From NCBI GenBank assembly GCA_963695545.1, contig OY968796.1:1600001-1664000 (forward strand): a stretch of 64,000 nt of DNA, written 5' to 3'. The position numbers and the translations under genes were made by a program. The notes under the pieces are model-generated. The model was not told the DNA's origin. It did no database searches and saw only the letters and a list, made by a program, of their open reading frames with translations. Source of the stretch: Terriglobia bacterium. GTDB lineage: Bacteria > Acidobacteriota > Terriglobia > Acidiferrales > UBA7541. The number at the start of each line of letters is the position of its first letter. Position 1 is the first letter of the stretch. This document shows positions 52,093-62,830 of this stretch, one piece after another.

Positions 52093-52949
52093 GCAAACCC
52101 AAACCGAATCTGGATGATTTCGCAGATGTTCTGGAGCTTCTGGCCGAGCGCTACAGCAAGGTCGAGGGTCAGGGCGAAAAGTCGGCGGAATGGGTGCGGA
52201 TGTCGATTGTTTACGCAGAGACCAAGTTGCGAGCTCTGCGGTTCATTCTTGCGCGTTCTTCGCCTGGATCGAGGCCGCGGCTGCTGGACATTGGTACGCA
52301 AATCGGATCCCTCCCACTTTACGCATCGCGATTAGGCATCGAAGCAGCGGGCTTGGATTACGCCGAGTTTGCGCCGGACTGCGAACGAATACTTCGGGAA
52401 TATGGCGTCGATTATCGCGTGGGCGATATTGGGAGGGAACGTTTGCCCTTCGCCGATGAGAGCTTCGACTGCGTAACCTACATGGACGTGATCGAGCACC
52501 ATCCGTACTCGCCGAAGCGCGTGCTGCACGAAGTACGGCGCGTTCTTACGGCGCGCGGCTGCGTCATCATCACGACGCCCAACCATGCATCGATTTATAA
52601 CCGTCTCTCACTGCTGCGCGGTCGATCTGTGAATGACACGTTCGACTATTTTTTCGAGGTGTCCAAAGACCAGAGCATCTATTTTGGGCACCACCGTGAG
52701 TACACGCGCATCGAATTACGGACTGCGCTGGAACAAACGGGCTTCCATGTTTTGCAATGTGCGGGGATCGATGAGGGCATTCGGGCGCAGTGGAGGGCGG
52801 TTCGCTTAGCCAGCCTTCGCCGGCGCATTGCGGCGCTACGAGAGCATGGAAAGTTTCTTGGGGCCAATGTGTTAGGGCATGTGTGGAGTGGACTTTCTCT
52901 CCCATTCGGCCGAGTGCTTTGGGCGGTAGGCGAAAAGGTCGATGGTTAA
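52089..52949 (+). CDS. Class I SAM-dependent methyltransferase
   Basis: LLDIGTQIG, LPFADESFD, DVIEH, ITTPN and HHREYT. ATGA overlap with the upstream gene. Confidence 0.87.
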   Translation: MSKPKPNLDDFADVLELLAERYSKVEGQGEKSAEWVRMSIVYAETKLRALRFILARSSPGSRPRLLDIGTQIGSLPLYASRLGIEAAGLDYAEFAPDCERILREYGVDYRVGDIGRERLPFADESFDCVTYMDVIEHHPYSPKRVLHEVRRVLTARGCVIITTPNHASIYNRLSLLRGRSVNDTFDYFFEVSKDQSIYFGHHREYTRIELRTALEQTGFHVLQCAGIDEGIRAQWRAVRLASLRRRIAALREHGKFLGANVLGHVWSGLSLPFGRVLWAVGEKVDG

Positions 52950-53056
52950 CTTTTAATGTCGTCCCATCGAGTGACGCGAGTCGATGAAATATCGACCTTC
53001 GATATTCGCCTCGTAAGCACCCATGGAGGTCAACGAAGTCGCAGCCCGTCGAAAAT

Positions 53057-53752
53057 TCAATCCGCTTTCTTTAGAAAAAAGGTAGAAGTCCGAAAGTGAC
53101 CTACACAAAGGCTGAGAAGATTGTGTCCCCTCCGATACAGAACTGTGAAACCGGCGGCCTTCAACCTGCGCGATACATCCGGCTCAAACATCCGGTACGT
53201 GTGTGCAATCACGAGGAGGTCATGCTTTCGGCGACGCTTGGTCCACGTATACCACTTCAAGAGGCCAAGCACGGAAAACGTGTCGACGTCAAAAAAAAAC
53301 AGTCCTCCTGGTTTCAGAATCCGCGCGATCTCACCGAGAATCTTGTCCGGTCTGAACGCGTGGTCGATCACGTTGCAGCAAATCACAAGGTCTGAACACT
53401 TATCAGCCAGCGGAATATTTTCTCCGATACCCACGACGTACTGCACGGGTCGGCGCCATTCGTTGATGAACGGAGTGAAAGGCGCCCGTGGATCCAACTC
53501 AAGACGCGGGTCGGGTTCTACGCACAAGCGAATTGGTATGTCTCGTAGGAACCCACTGATACCCAGGCCCCAGGGCCCCGGCCCGATTTCGACACTGACT
53601 CTCGGCGTTTCCTTCAGAAGCCGCGATAGGTGTCGGGCCTTGGCCGCGTTGTGATAAAGCACATCGAGCGTATCCGTCGGACCGATCGCCATGCCGGCGA
53701 AGAATCCGGGTTCGGTCGATTGCGCTTCACGCCAGCGCTCTATCGTCACCAT
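53057..53752 (-). CDS. Class I SAM-dependent methyltransferase
   Basis: VEIGPGPWG, NVIDH and RILKPGG. Confidence 0.82.
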   Translation of the reverse strand: MVTIERWREAQSTEPGFFAGMAIGPTDTLDVLYHNAAKARHLSRLLKETPRVSVEIGPGPWGLGISGFLRDIPIRLCVEPDPRLELDPRAPFTPFINEWRRPVQYVVGIGENIPLADKCSDLVICCNVIDHAFRPDKILGEIARILKPGGLFFFDVDTFSVLGLLKWYTWTKRRRKHDLLVIAHTYRMFEPDVSRRLKAAGFTVLYRRGHNLLSLCVGHFRTSTFFLKKAD

Positions 53753-53810
53753 CGTTCAAACTCCAGCGTGCCCGAAGTCTCGGAAACCGATTGCATCGAA
53801 CCCATCGGCT

Positions 53811-54806
53811 TCACGGGGTCGACGAACGTTTTTTTTGCTTAATGTACGCGTCGGCGGCTTGAACCTTCGCACGGATGCCTTCTTCGCCAAATTTGGCCCC
53901 GTAGCTTTCTCCGCCGAAGTGATGAATATAAGAATCGCGGATCCACACCACGCGACGACCCGCTTCCAATACACGACTGCATAGTTCAAATTCGTTGCCA
54001 TAATCCGGAAGTTCGGGGTCAAAGCCGCCGAGTTCATCCCACAAGTTGCGTCTTATGAATAAGGCGAAACCCGAAACCCATTTCAAATCGACTACCACGG
54101 GTTCCTGAAACTGTGTCAATAATCGATTTGCGAATACGCATATTTGGCTCTCGTTCCAATACGCGCCAAGATTCTCCGCCAGGCTCAAAACCTGAGAAGT
54201 TGCCGCAATGCACGTGGAAGGGCCAGCGATGCCGATGTTCTGATCCTGCTCGAACACTTCTTTGACTCGCCGCCAGCACCAAGGCGTAACCACAGTGTCA
54301 GAATTCAGAAGGCAAAGATATGGACGCGTAGCCAAGCTCGCCCCCGCCCGACAGGCTTCACTATGCCCAAATGGTTTCTCGTGACGAACAACTCTCCATT
54401 CATCGCGGACGGTGAAGCGCTGAATCAGGTCCAAAGTCTCACGGCGTTTGGAGCCGTCGTCGACCAGTATGATTTCGGATTCCGCGGCATATTTTTCGAG
54501 GCTGAGTAAGCAGCGGCGAGTAACCCTCGGCGCGTCATGAATCGCTACAACGATGGACATCGAGGCGCTTGCCTGGCGATCTTCAGGCGACTGCGCGAAC
54601 TCGATGTGACGCGGGAAGTCGCGGCGCAGGGCCCGCCCCTTAATCTCGCGCACACTGCGGATCACAAATAGCGGCAGCAGTCTCGAGAGGAAACGTGGGA
54701 TGTGCCACTTTAAAGCCCAAGGCCGTTGCTCGGGAATGCGATTGGGGTCCCATGGAGCGTTGCTTTGACAGGAGGTCCTTGATGCTTCATTCGCTTTATC
54801 GGTCAT
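53811..54806 (-). CDS. GT2 glycosyltransferase
   Basis: SIVVAIH, LVDDGS, LLNSDT and LGGFDP...YGNEFELC. Confidence 0.88.
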   Translation of the reverse strand: MTDKANEASRTSCQSNAPWDPNRIPEQRPWALKWHIPRFLSRLLPLFVIRSVREIKGRALRRDFPRHIEFAQSPEDRQASASMSIVVAIHDAPRVTRRCLLSLEKYAAESEIILVDDGSKRRETLDLIQRFTVRDEWRVVRHEKPFGHSEACRAGASLATRPYLCLLNSDTVVTPWCWRRVKEVFEQDQNIGIAGPSTCIAATSQVLSLAENLGAYWNESQICVFANRLLTQFQEPVVVDLKWVSGFALFIRRNLWDELGGFDPELPDYGNEFELCSRVLEAGRRVVWIRDSYIHHFGGESYGAKFGEEGIRAKVQAADAYIKQKKRSSTP

Positions 54807-55120
54807 AAGATTTTCTTAAAATTAATCCGCCGCCCTAGATTCGTAACCGAGCCACGTGTTTTCGAGAAATTTCGTTTTGATCTTCTCGTTCTCTCAAAAG
54901 CGTAACCTGCGTGTCACGTCAGGTCAACCGCAATACGCGCCTATTGCTGTAAGGCGAAGGCCAAACGAGCGGGCGCCGCAGCTTTTGGCCCAGCCCACTG
55001 CCGTAATCACTGTGTTCTGGTCGGCGGTCTCATGGTAATTTCGTGGCCGCGTCCACGATGTGCATTAGCGCACAAGGACGGCAGCGGGTATCGAGGTGCT
55101 TTGTCTCGGTGTTATATCGC

Positions 55121-55879
55121 ATGAAGAAAATATTGGACATTGAAATTTACCCCGACTACGGCCGGGACGCACGACGAGGTCGGTGGTTAAGGAAATTCAT
55201 TCTCCGTTTTCTCCCGATGCATGCTTACGTGAACCTACGGACAGAACTTCCGTTGACGTGGCTGCGGTTGAAGAGCGGTGGCGTCGCGAGACGCTACCGA
55301 AAATCAGACAATATGCTCGTAAACATCGGCCCTGGAGCTCAAGCCAAAAGCGGATGGGTAAACGTGGACGCGTGGAAAGGCCCGCTGATTGACTGTCTCT
55401 ATGATTGCCGCAAAAGCTTGCCATTTCCTGATGCATCTGTCAGAGGGATATTCTGCGAGCATTTTTTTGAACATATCGACTACACCGAGGAGGTGCCTTA
55501 CTTCCTTTCGGAGTGTCACCGCGTTCTGAAGATAGGTGGTGTGCTCCGGCTGATTCTGCCTGACGCGGAGAAGTATTTGCGAGCTTACTGCAAGGGGGGG
55601 TGGGAGGAACTCGACCGAATCCGGCCTTTAGACCCGGAGCATACGGACTCCTACTACAACTTTAAGTACAACACTCGAATGGAACTAATGAATTTAATAT
55701 TCCGACAAGGTCATGACCATAAGTTCGCATACGACTTTGAAACGCTCACCTTTCTTCTTCATCGTTACGGATTCTCGGAAGTTGTGCGGCAGGCATACGC
55801 AACATCGCTGATGCCCGAACTTTGTCTGGATCAACTGCTGCGCGCCTCCGAAAGTCTTTACGTTGACGCCAGAAAATAG
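55121..55879 (+). CDS. SAM-dependent methyltransferase domain protein
   Basis: NIGPG...GWVNVD, LPFPDAS, EHFFEH and HRVLKIGGVLRLILPD. Confidence 0.85.
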   Translation: MKKILDIEIYPDYGRDARRGRWLRKFILRFLPMHAYVNLRTELPLTWLRLKSGGVARRYRKSDNMLVNIGPGAQAKSGWVNVDAWKGPLIDCLYDCRKSLPFPDASVRGIFCEHFFEHIDYTEEVPYFLSECHRVLKIGGVLRLILPDAEKYLRAYCKGGWEELDRIRPLDPEHTDSYYNFKYNTRMELMNLIFRQGHDHKFAYDFETLTFLLHRYGFSEVVRQAYATSLMPELCLDQLLRASESLYVDARK

Positions 55880-55927
55880 ACCCTCCGGCTCGAACAGCGC
55901 GCGACTCGCCTGCACCGCTGTTGCTCT

Positions 55928-57007
55928 CTAATTGCGAACGGGAGACGCTGGTCGCGGAAGGAATCGTTTTTCCAATACGTCGCGCAACCGGAACGACGGA
56001 CGCTCGACCAACCCGTACGACAACTCCGCGCACGCCAGAATCGCCCCCAAGTTCAACGGAGCCCAGAATGCATTCGGCCCCGTGAACATCTGCTGCCACA
56101 AATAAATTCCGTATGAAATCACGCCGATGTGCCGCATGAGCCGCCAGTTCAGGAACTTTCCAAATCCCGAAAATGGCCTTCTAACCGCGTACAGAATCAC
56201 AACGGAAATCAAAAATCCCTCGAGGCCATAGCCGATCGTCCAGTCGTAACGCGCAGCGAAGCGCGTGGAAAGACAGGGAGCGAGGACCACAATGTAGAAA
56301 ATCGAGAAAAGCACCAAGGGCGGGCGCACGATTCTCTCCACCCAGCGCTCGAACCTGGCGTCCTTCGAGAGCAGCGCCATCGCGCACCCGAACATGATCG
56401 TGTCCAGGCGCGTGTGGAGCATCATGTCTTCATTTCCGCGAAGCGCCGGCGCGAGCACGTAAGTCACGAAGCGTATGCCAGGCGACAGCAGCACGGCGCC
56501 GACCGCCAGCGCTATGCCTTTCTTCCTGCCGAGGAAAACCAGGCACGGCGCCCAAACGATGTAGAACTGCTCCTCTAGACTCAGCGACCATGTGTGTGCC
56601 AGCAGCCAACTAGGACCGTGGGGCAGGTAGTTATATGTGTATGTAGCTGCGGTGATGAATCCGTGATAACCGAGCGTCTGCAAGCCGGCCTTCGAGAGAA
56701 TCCACACAATAAGGAGAAACAAATAAAACGGCGGAAAGATGCGAAAAAATCGCCGCAGATAAAATCTCTTTAGGCGGTATCCGGTTTTCTCGTCGCCATC
56801 CTTGAGCAGGAGGCCTGTGATCAGGAATCCGCTGATGACAAAGAAAACGTCCACTCCCGATTGGCCCAAATGTACGATTTGGAGAAAGGGGAAACTGTTC
56901 GGCTCGCCGCGAATGTACCCGAGGGAGTGGCTGACGATCACCAAAGCAACGGAGATCGTCCTCAATCCGTCGAGCGATGGAATAGATCTTGATGTCGAAT
57001 AGGCCAC
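55928..57007 (-). CDS. Acyltransferase 3 (OafA-like) O-acetyltransferase
   Basis: IPSLDGLR, GVDVFFVISGFLI, FYLRRFFRIFP, HTWSLSLEEQFY and ISYGIYLW. Confidence 0.93.
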   Translation of the reverse strand: MAYSTSRSIPSLDGLRTISVALVIVSHSLGYIRGEPNSFPFLQIVHLGQSGVDVFFVISGFLITGLLLKDGDEKTGYRLKRFYLRRFFRIFPPFYLFLLIVWILSKAGLQTLGYHGFITAATYTYNYLPHGPSWLLAHTWSLSLEEQFYIVWAPCLVFLGRKKGIALAVGAVLLSPGIRFVTYVLAPALRGNEDMMLHTRLDTIMFGCAMALLSKDARFERWVERIVRPPLVLFSIFYIVVLAPCLSTRFAARYDWTIGYGLEGFLISVVILYAVRRPFSGFGKFLNWRLMRHIGVISYGIYLWQQMFTGPNAFWAPLNLGAILACAELSYGLVERPSFRLRDVLEKRFLPRPASPVRN

Positions 57008-57401
57008 GAGTCTTTCCCTCGCTGTCTCCGCTCCGACGAGGTACCGCCAACTCTTGGCGCGGGCTTTCGATTTAACATTTTGTCCCGCGCATCGTACACT
57101 TGTACCATGCTCGGCACAACCAATCTGGCGCGGGCACCGCTATTTGGAAGAATCCCAATCTATGAAGGGCGAATGGGCGATCCACACCGATCCGGGTGAG
57201 CAAAAATCCCGAACCCTTGGTTCGCCGCAAGAAGCCGGTGCAACTTAACACCGAATCTGTTCGGCGTTAACGACCGGCCAATCGGGATGAGAACGCGGGT
57301 TGCTGAGCGCAGACGCCCCAGCACTTCAACTGAACAAAAATGATAAGTGAATTGCAAGATCACTTAGAACGAAACAGAAAATAGGAGAGGTCTGGGATCG
57401 A

Positions 57402-58501
57402 TTTGCTTTGGGAACGGCTGTCGCGGGTTCTCGCGTGACCATCTGATAGCAGCAACGTTCGAGCCAAAAGTGATGTTGGTTCGTGACCAACGGCATGCTT
57501 TCACCGTCGAAGAGGCGGCCATTTTCACCGCCGCCTCAACGCGAAGCCGTCCCTAGAGATATGAAACCCATCCGGCGCGACGCGCACCACGAAAGCTCCG
57601 TTGACGCCTTCGTCGACGATTGGCTTGTGAACACAAATGTGAAACTGTACGCGCGGGCAAGGGGCAAGCTGAAACAGTACTCGGTCCCTCGATACCCGCT
57701 TCCCCCGGGCATCCGGCCAAATCGTTCTCGACGTTGGATGCGGCTGGGGACGTTGGAGCATCGCCGCGGCCCACGCCGAAACGATTTCCATCGGTATGGA
57801 TGTGCGCATCGATTCCTTGATGGCCGCCGGCCGGGTCTCCCCATCGATGGGGCGTGGAGATCAGTTATGTGCGCGGGGAGGCGGGAGGATCGCCACTGCG
57901 CCCCAAGTCTGTCGATGTGTTGTATTGATTCAGCGTCTTGCAGCATGTCGACAGAGTAAAGGAGGTCCGCTTCTTGAGGGAATTCTCCCGGGTGCTGAAA
58001 CCGGAAAGCCTCTGTTTAGTCCAACTTTCGAACGCGTTTGGTACCTCCAGTATTGTCCGCCAGGCGAGGCGCGGATTTCGTGATGCGCCGCCGAATTCCT
58101 TTGAGATGCGGCACTCGATGCGCGCCGGTATTCGGGCCGCGATTGAAAAAGCCGGCCTGCGACGGTTCCGACCTCACGCAGACGGCGTCTTCTGGCAAGG
58201 TTCCCAACTTTCGGACCTCGACTTGCTGTCGCCCTTGGGAAAGTTGATAGTTGTAGTCTCCCACGTTGGACGCAAGGCGGCCGACGCTCTGCCCTTTATC
58301 GTGCGGTTGGCGGACAGTATCTGGGTGAACGCCCACTCGCCTCAGGTCGTTTCTCGCACGGTTGATGCAAAGGACGCCCGTGTGCGAAGATCGCTTCGCT
58401 TTCGAAGTGCGAGTTGCCTCCTCACTGTCGAAGATTCCTGCGCGCCGCAATTGGAACAACATCAGGTGCAGTGGCGGGGCCCGCGCGGCCGGCGGAAGTG
58501 A
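57402..58501 (+). pseudogene. Decayed Trm112-like plus SAM methyltransferase
   Basis: Motif I VLDVGCGWG at 57724-57750 is in a different frame from the upstream segment. In-frame TGA at 57926-57928 precedes FSVLQH...RVLKP. Several frameshifts; ends approximate. Confidence 0.75.
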
Positions 58502-58677
58502 TCTCGGTGTGTGCCGATCACTTGTTATCGTTTCCAAGTTAGTCTCAAACGACAGCCTGATGGCGCTGGAAGCGAAATCCGAATGCTGGTTTCGGGAATG
58601 CTGGGTAATTATGACGCTACCTATAAAATGCCGCGGGGTATAATGCGTGTCGTTCTGGATCTTCGGCGGAGGCGGAA

Positions 58678-59610
58678 TTGTTGACGCTTCGGGCCTTCGG
58701 TCGGGTAACAAAGCCCGAGTATGTGTTTCGACCACAGCAGATTGGGCGAAGGGTGTGGATTGAGGCTCTCCCGAGAAAATCAGAACTCACGAGAGTAAGG
58801 CTGCCGTGGGGTTATCCGATTGCCGTAAATCCCAACGAAGTACTTGGATGGGCGATCTATTCACGTGCGATCTGTGAAGTGGCGGTTACTGAGGCACTTT
58901 GGCGATTGTCACAGCCAGGCGACATCGTGGTCGACGGCGGCGCGAACATCGGGTACTCGACGAGCATCTTCGCGGCGCGTCTCGGGTCCAAGGGTAAAAT
59001 CCACAGTTTCGAACCAGATCCTCGAGCATTTTGCGAGCTGCAAAAAAATGTCAGGGTGTGGGAAGACCGCGGACAGTGCGGTCCGTTTGTCCTACACCAC
59101 GCGGCGTTGGGTGCGCGAACGGGTACTGCGACGCTGCACGTTCCCGAGTCCTCCGGATGGAACGGCGGCAGGGCTCGTATCGAAACCACCCCCATCGCAG
59201 AGCCGGGATCGAGGCTCGAGGTGAATCTCGTCTCGCTGGATGAAGTGTTTCGAAGCGGAGAAAGGATCAGCGTGGTTAAGCTCGATCTGGAAGGATTCGA
59301 ACTTGATGCTCTGATGGGAATGGAACAAATGCTGCGCGAGCGCCGCATCGATCACATCGTCTTCGAGGAGTTCGGCGACTTTCCGGCCCCCACGCATGAA
59401 TTTCTCCGGAAGGCTGGCTATTCGGTGTTTGGACTCGAGTCCCACTTCCTAGGTCTTAAGTGCTGCCGCAATAAGCAGCCGCGCACCAATCCGGTGTATG
59501 GGCCCCCGCCAAACTATGTGGCGACCTATGAGCCGGAAAAAACCGTGCGGCGGCTGGAACGCGGTCTGTGGAGATCCTTCGGACCCGCCAGTTATCTGTC
59601 GAGCCCGTGA
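58678..59610 (+). CDS. FkbM family methyltransferase
   Basis: VDGGANIGY, SFEPDP and VKLDLEGFE. Confidence 0.9.
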   Translation: MLTLRAFGRVTKPEYVFRPQQIGRRVWIEALPRKSELTRVRLPWGYPIAVNPNEVLGWAIYSRAICEVAVTEALWRLSQPGDIVVDGGANIGYSTSIFAARLGSKGKIHSFEPDPRAFCELQKNVRVWEDRGQCGPFVLHHAALGARTGTATLHVPESSGWNGGRARIETTPIAEPGSRLEVNLVSLDEVFRSGERISVVKLDLEGFELDALMGMEQMLRERRIDHIVFEEFGDFPAPTHEFLRKAGYSVFGLESHFLGLKCCRNKQPRTNPVYGPPPNYVATYEPEKTVRRLERGLWRSFGPASYLSSP

Positions 59611-59699
59611 TAGGCCGGAGTACGGTTGCGACGCGCACCGTGCAGCGCATCCTGCCGTCCCACAACGTAGAACGCAGTGAGCGTTTCTTGTCAGTACGC

Positions 59700-60502
59700 A
59701 GCCCGCTTTCGGCTCAGCCAAGATGTGATTGACGTCTAACAATTCGGTGTCGGATCCCAATGGGCCGAAAAATTTGCGTGCCACCCGATCATTGTTTTCC
59801 GAGTGCGTTTCGCAAATGATCCACGGATGGTGTCTTTCCAAAAGTACTTTGGCTCCGCCAAGCACCTCGAGTTCGGCGCCTCCGATGTCGCACTTCATAG
59901 CGTCGGCGGGGGGAAGCAGAGCGAATGAAATCGTCGAGAGCGAAACACCGAACGTTCGTGCCGATGACGGGATTTTCGCCCGCAACGAACGCACCGGTAA
60001 CGTGCTCGATCGACGACGCGTCGCGAGGGCACAACTTACGACAGCGTTTGCAGACCAGCCCCCGCCTCGACGAGGGTAATGTTTCTGAAGTCGCTCAGTT
60101 CAAAATTCCGACGCACGTGTGCCACCAATTCGGCATCCTGCTCAAAATAAATACCTTGCCGGTCGGACCGACCAACCGGGGCGCCAATAACGAGAAAAAC
60201 CCAGTATTGGCGCGAACGTCGTAAAAGACCATTCAGGGCCGCTGCCGTTCGGCCAATACGCTCTGCGTGGCAACCTCGGCCCGGCCGCGCACGTAGTAAT
60301 CGCCGGCGCGCGGGCCGACTTTGGGGGAAATGCCTGGCGCGGGGCCCACCTCTATCCGCGCAAACAATCTTTCATTTGTAGGAAGAATCCGGCGACGCAA
60401 ATAGTGGATCAAACTGCCTTGCGCCGGGATTTTGCGCAGCGAGCGAATCGGCGCAGGGGTGTGCAACACAAGACGCCCGAACTATTCGCGCGCTCGTGCC
60501 AT
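59700..60502 (-). pseudogene. Decayed FkbM family methyltransferase
   Basis: ATG 60502 followed by an early TAG. A stop at 60233-60235 directly precedes MVFYDVRANTGFFS (degenerate DVGANIG). MKCDIGGAE lies downstream in a separate ORF segment. Confidence 0.75.
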
Positions 60503-60769
60503 GCTTATTCTTCCACCAGATACCTATAGCTTGCCAACAGTTCAATGTACGAGATCAAAGAACGCGAATGGCAAAACGCAGGCATACGCATCGCGAGTTT
60601 GCACAGCCGAGTGAATCAATGGACCGGACTCTTCGATATGGACTTAAGATTCGCGCATCGTATGCAGCTTCTGTGTGCAACGCAACTTATTCGCCACCCC
60701 TACTCAACGCATCGCGATCTCAAGATTGTCACAGGGATTTCCTTGGTTACTCCCGTTCCCCGAGAGTTT

Positions 60770-61882
60770 CTACCTTTGCTCGAGAAACAGCTGCATCAGC
60801 AAGCGCGATCTGCGTTCGAGAGAAAACAGCGTAGCGCGGCGAAGGGCTCCCTGCGCCAGGCGTCGCCTCAATGGTTCGTTCGTGAGCAATGTGATGAGAG
60901 CCTGCGCGAGCGCGGCGACGTCCCCCACCGGGACGAGCAAGCCGCTTTCGCCGTCCTGAACAATTTCCTTCAGTCCGCCCACCGCCGTCGCGACCACGGG
61001 AATGCCGCAAGCCATGGCCTCAAGCGCCACCAACCCAAACGCCTCATAATGTGAAGGCAGAACGGCAATGTTCAAGGAGTTCCAAAAAGCCGGCATTTGA
61101 TTGCGCGGCATGGAGTCCACCGTGGACAAGCCGCCACTCCGCTCTGTTTCCCGTATCTTCAGCGTGCATTCAACGGAACCCGGTCTTTCGTCCACGGTTT
61201 TCCAGAGTTGTGCGCCTCCCGCCAAACACAATTCGGCATGCGGAGCAGCGGACTTTACTGACTGCCACGCTGCAAGCAGATCGTAGATTCCTTTGCCGGG
61301 CTCCCACTGTCCAGCAAAACCGACTCGCAACGTTTCCATCTGCCGACTCTCGAATCCGCGATCGGCCGGGCGAAAAAGCGCAAGATCCACGGCGTTTGGC
61401 ACCACCACCAAGCAACGTTCCGGTATTCCATGATGTAGATCAAGCAACAATCGCCTCTCGTTCTCACTTGGAAATAGATATCGCGCCCGTCCGAATCGTG
61501 AACGCCATAGCGGCCAGTTCCAATAGCGTGGCAGGGGAGTGTTCCAATCAAAACGTGCAATGACGCGATCGGGAGCCATACCCGCGAGGGTCGGTTCATT
61601 GTATGCAACGATCAATGCCTTGCGTTCGTGGTGAAGCAACCTCGCTCCGTATTCGATCGACGTGACGAGGCGCAACTTGGTCCGCAGTGGAAGAACACGG
61701 ACAGGCGCGCCATCAAAAGCCGCGCGCGCGTACACTCTCACTGGGATTCCAGCTTTCCTCAAGATTGAGGCGTCCTCCCACAACACGACTTCCGATCCCC
61801 CGCACGGATCGGCGCCCAGCTTGCCAAGGCGCGTCGCAAGGAGCGCCACGCCATATTTCTCGAGCTTAGCATGTGGCGTCAC
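60770..61882 (-). CDS. GT4 glycosyltransferase
   Basis: GGSE, VPNAVD, KGIYDL and PSHYEAFGLVALEAMACGIPVVAT. Confidence 0.92.
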   Translation of the reverse strand: MTPHAKLEKYGVALLATRLGKLGADPCGGSEVVLWEDASILRKAGIPVRVYARAAFDGAPVRVLPLRTKLRLVTSIEYGARLLHHERKALIVAYNEPTLAGMAPDRVIARFDWNTPLPRYWNWPLWRSRFGRARYLFPSENERRLLLDLHHGIPERCLVVVPNAVDLALFRPADRGFESRQMETLRVGFAGQWEPGKGIYDLLAAWQSVKSAAPHAELCLAGGAQLWKTVDERPGSVECTLKIRETERSGGLSTVDSMPRNQMPAFWNSLNIAVLPSHYEAFGLVALEAMACGIPVVATAVGGLKEIVQDGESGLLVPVGDVAALAQALITLLTNEPLRRRLAQGALRRATLFSLERRSRLLMQLFLEQR

Positions 61883-62778
61883 CGCCAGCTTCCCGCCACT
61901 CGCGCGCCGCGATTGATCAAGCCCACGATCGCGAGCGCCTTTGATAGCTCACTCAAGCCCACCACCACGCCGCCCCAGCAGCCCTGAAAAATCGCGTGAA
62001 CAAACGCCCGGGCACATGTGCTCAGCGAGCGCATTACTAGCGGCCACCGTTGTCGAGAAGCAGTGTTCCCACAATTCCTGATCCACCAGCCTCCTTCGCT
62101 CCCGCGGAACCAGGCCAGGCGCAGCATCCGCTTCAAGCCGATCTCCTCGGGAGTCTTGTAATGCCACACCAAAGCCTCGGGGACGAATCGCGCGGTGACT
62201 CCCGCGCGCCTTAGCCAATCGTCTTCTTCCGCAGGCGGTCTGATCCCTTCGTCAAAGCTCGTCGCGTCGAAAACCCAGCGGCACGCTGCCATGTTGCACG
62301 CCACGGGAACAACTACGCCGTCCACTCCAATCGGCGGAGCGAGCACCTCGGAAAGATACGGGCTCACCTCCCCGCGGTGTTTCCCAAGGAGCGGACCTTC
62401 AATCGTCAGACGGATTGCGCCCGAAACTACCGGAGTCTCGTGCGACAGGTTGTTGAGCAGCTTCTCCAGCCAGCCCTCCGTGACGATGGCATCGTCATCG
62501 ATCATCACGATGATTTCGCCTCGCGCGATGTGCATACCTCGATTTCGCGCGGCGTTTGCGCCTCGTGGACGCTCTTGCCGCAAACACTGGGCTGACCAGC
62601 CGCTCGCGCTGGCGAATTCTTCTACGATCTGCAGCGTCGCGTCTGCCGAGCAATCGTCCACGACAATCACTTCCGGAGCGTTGAGTCCGTGCGCGCCAGC
62701 GGGCAGCGCCGCCAAGCATCGCGCGAGTATCGCCGAGCGGTTCCGTGTTGGAATGACGATGGAGATGGATCTGTTCAT
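61879..62778 (-). CDS. GT2 glycosyltransferase
   Basis: SIVIPTRNR, VVDDCS, ARNRG and IDDD. Confidence 0.9.
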   Translation of the reverse strand: MNRSISIVIPTRNRSAILARCLAALPAGAHGLNAPEVIVVDDCSADATLQIVEEFASASGWSAQCLRQERPRGANAARNRGMHIARGEIIVMIDDDAIVTEGWLEKLLNNLSHETPVVSGAIRLTIEGPLLGKHRGEVSPYLSEVLAPPIGVDGVVVPVACNMAACRWVFDATSFDEGIRPPAEEDDWLRRAGVTARFVPEALVWHYKTPEEIGLKRMLRLAWFRGSEGGWWIRNCGNTASRQRWPLVMRSLSTCARAFVHAIFQGCWGGVVVGLSELSKALAIVGLINRGARVAGSWR

Positions 62779-62830
62779 AAGTGTTGTCGCTGGTCTAACA
62801 GCGCCATCGTTGGCCGCGACCGGGATTCAA

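Noticed and set aside
52950..60770. Integron cassette array explaining the methyltransferase series
   Set aside because: No integrase and no recurring attC-like palindromes were recognised, and the genes lie on both strands.
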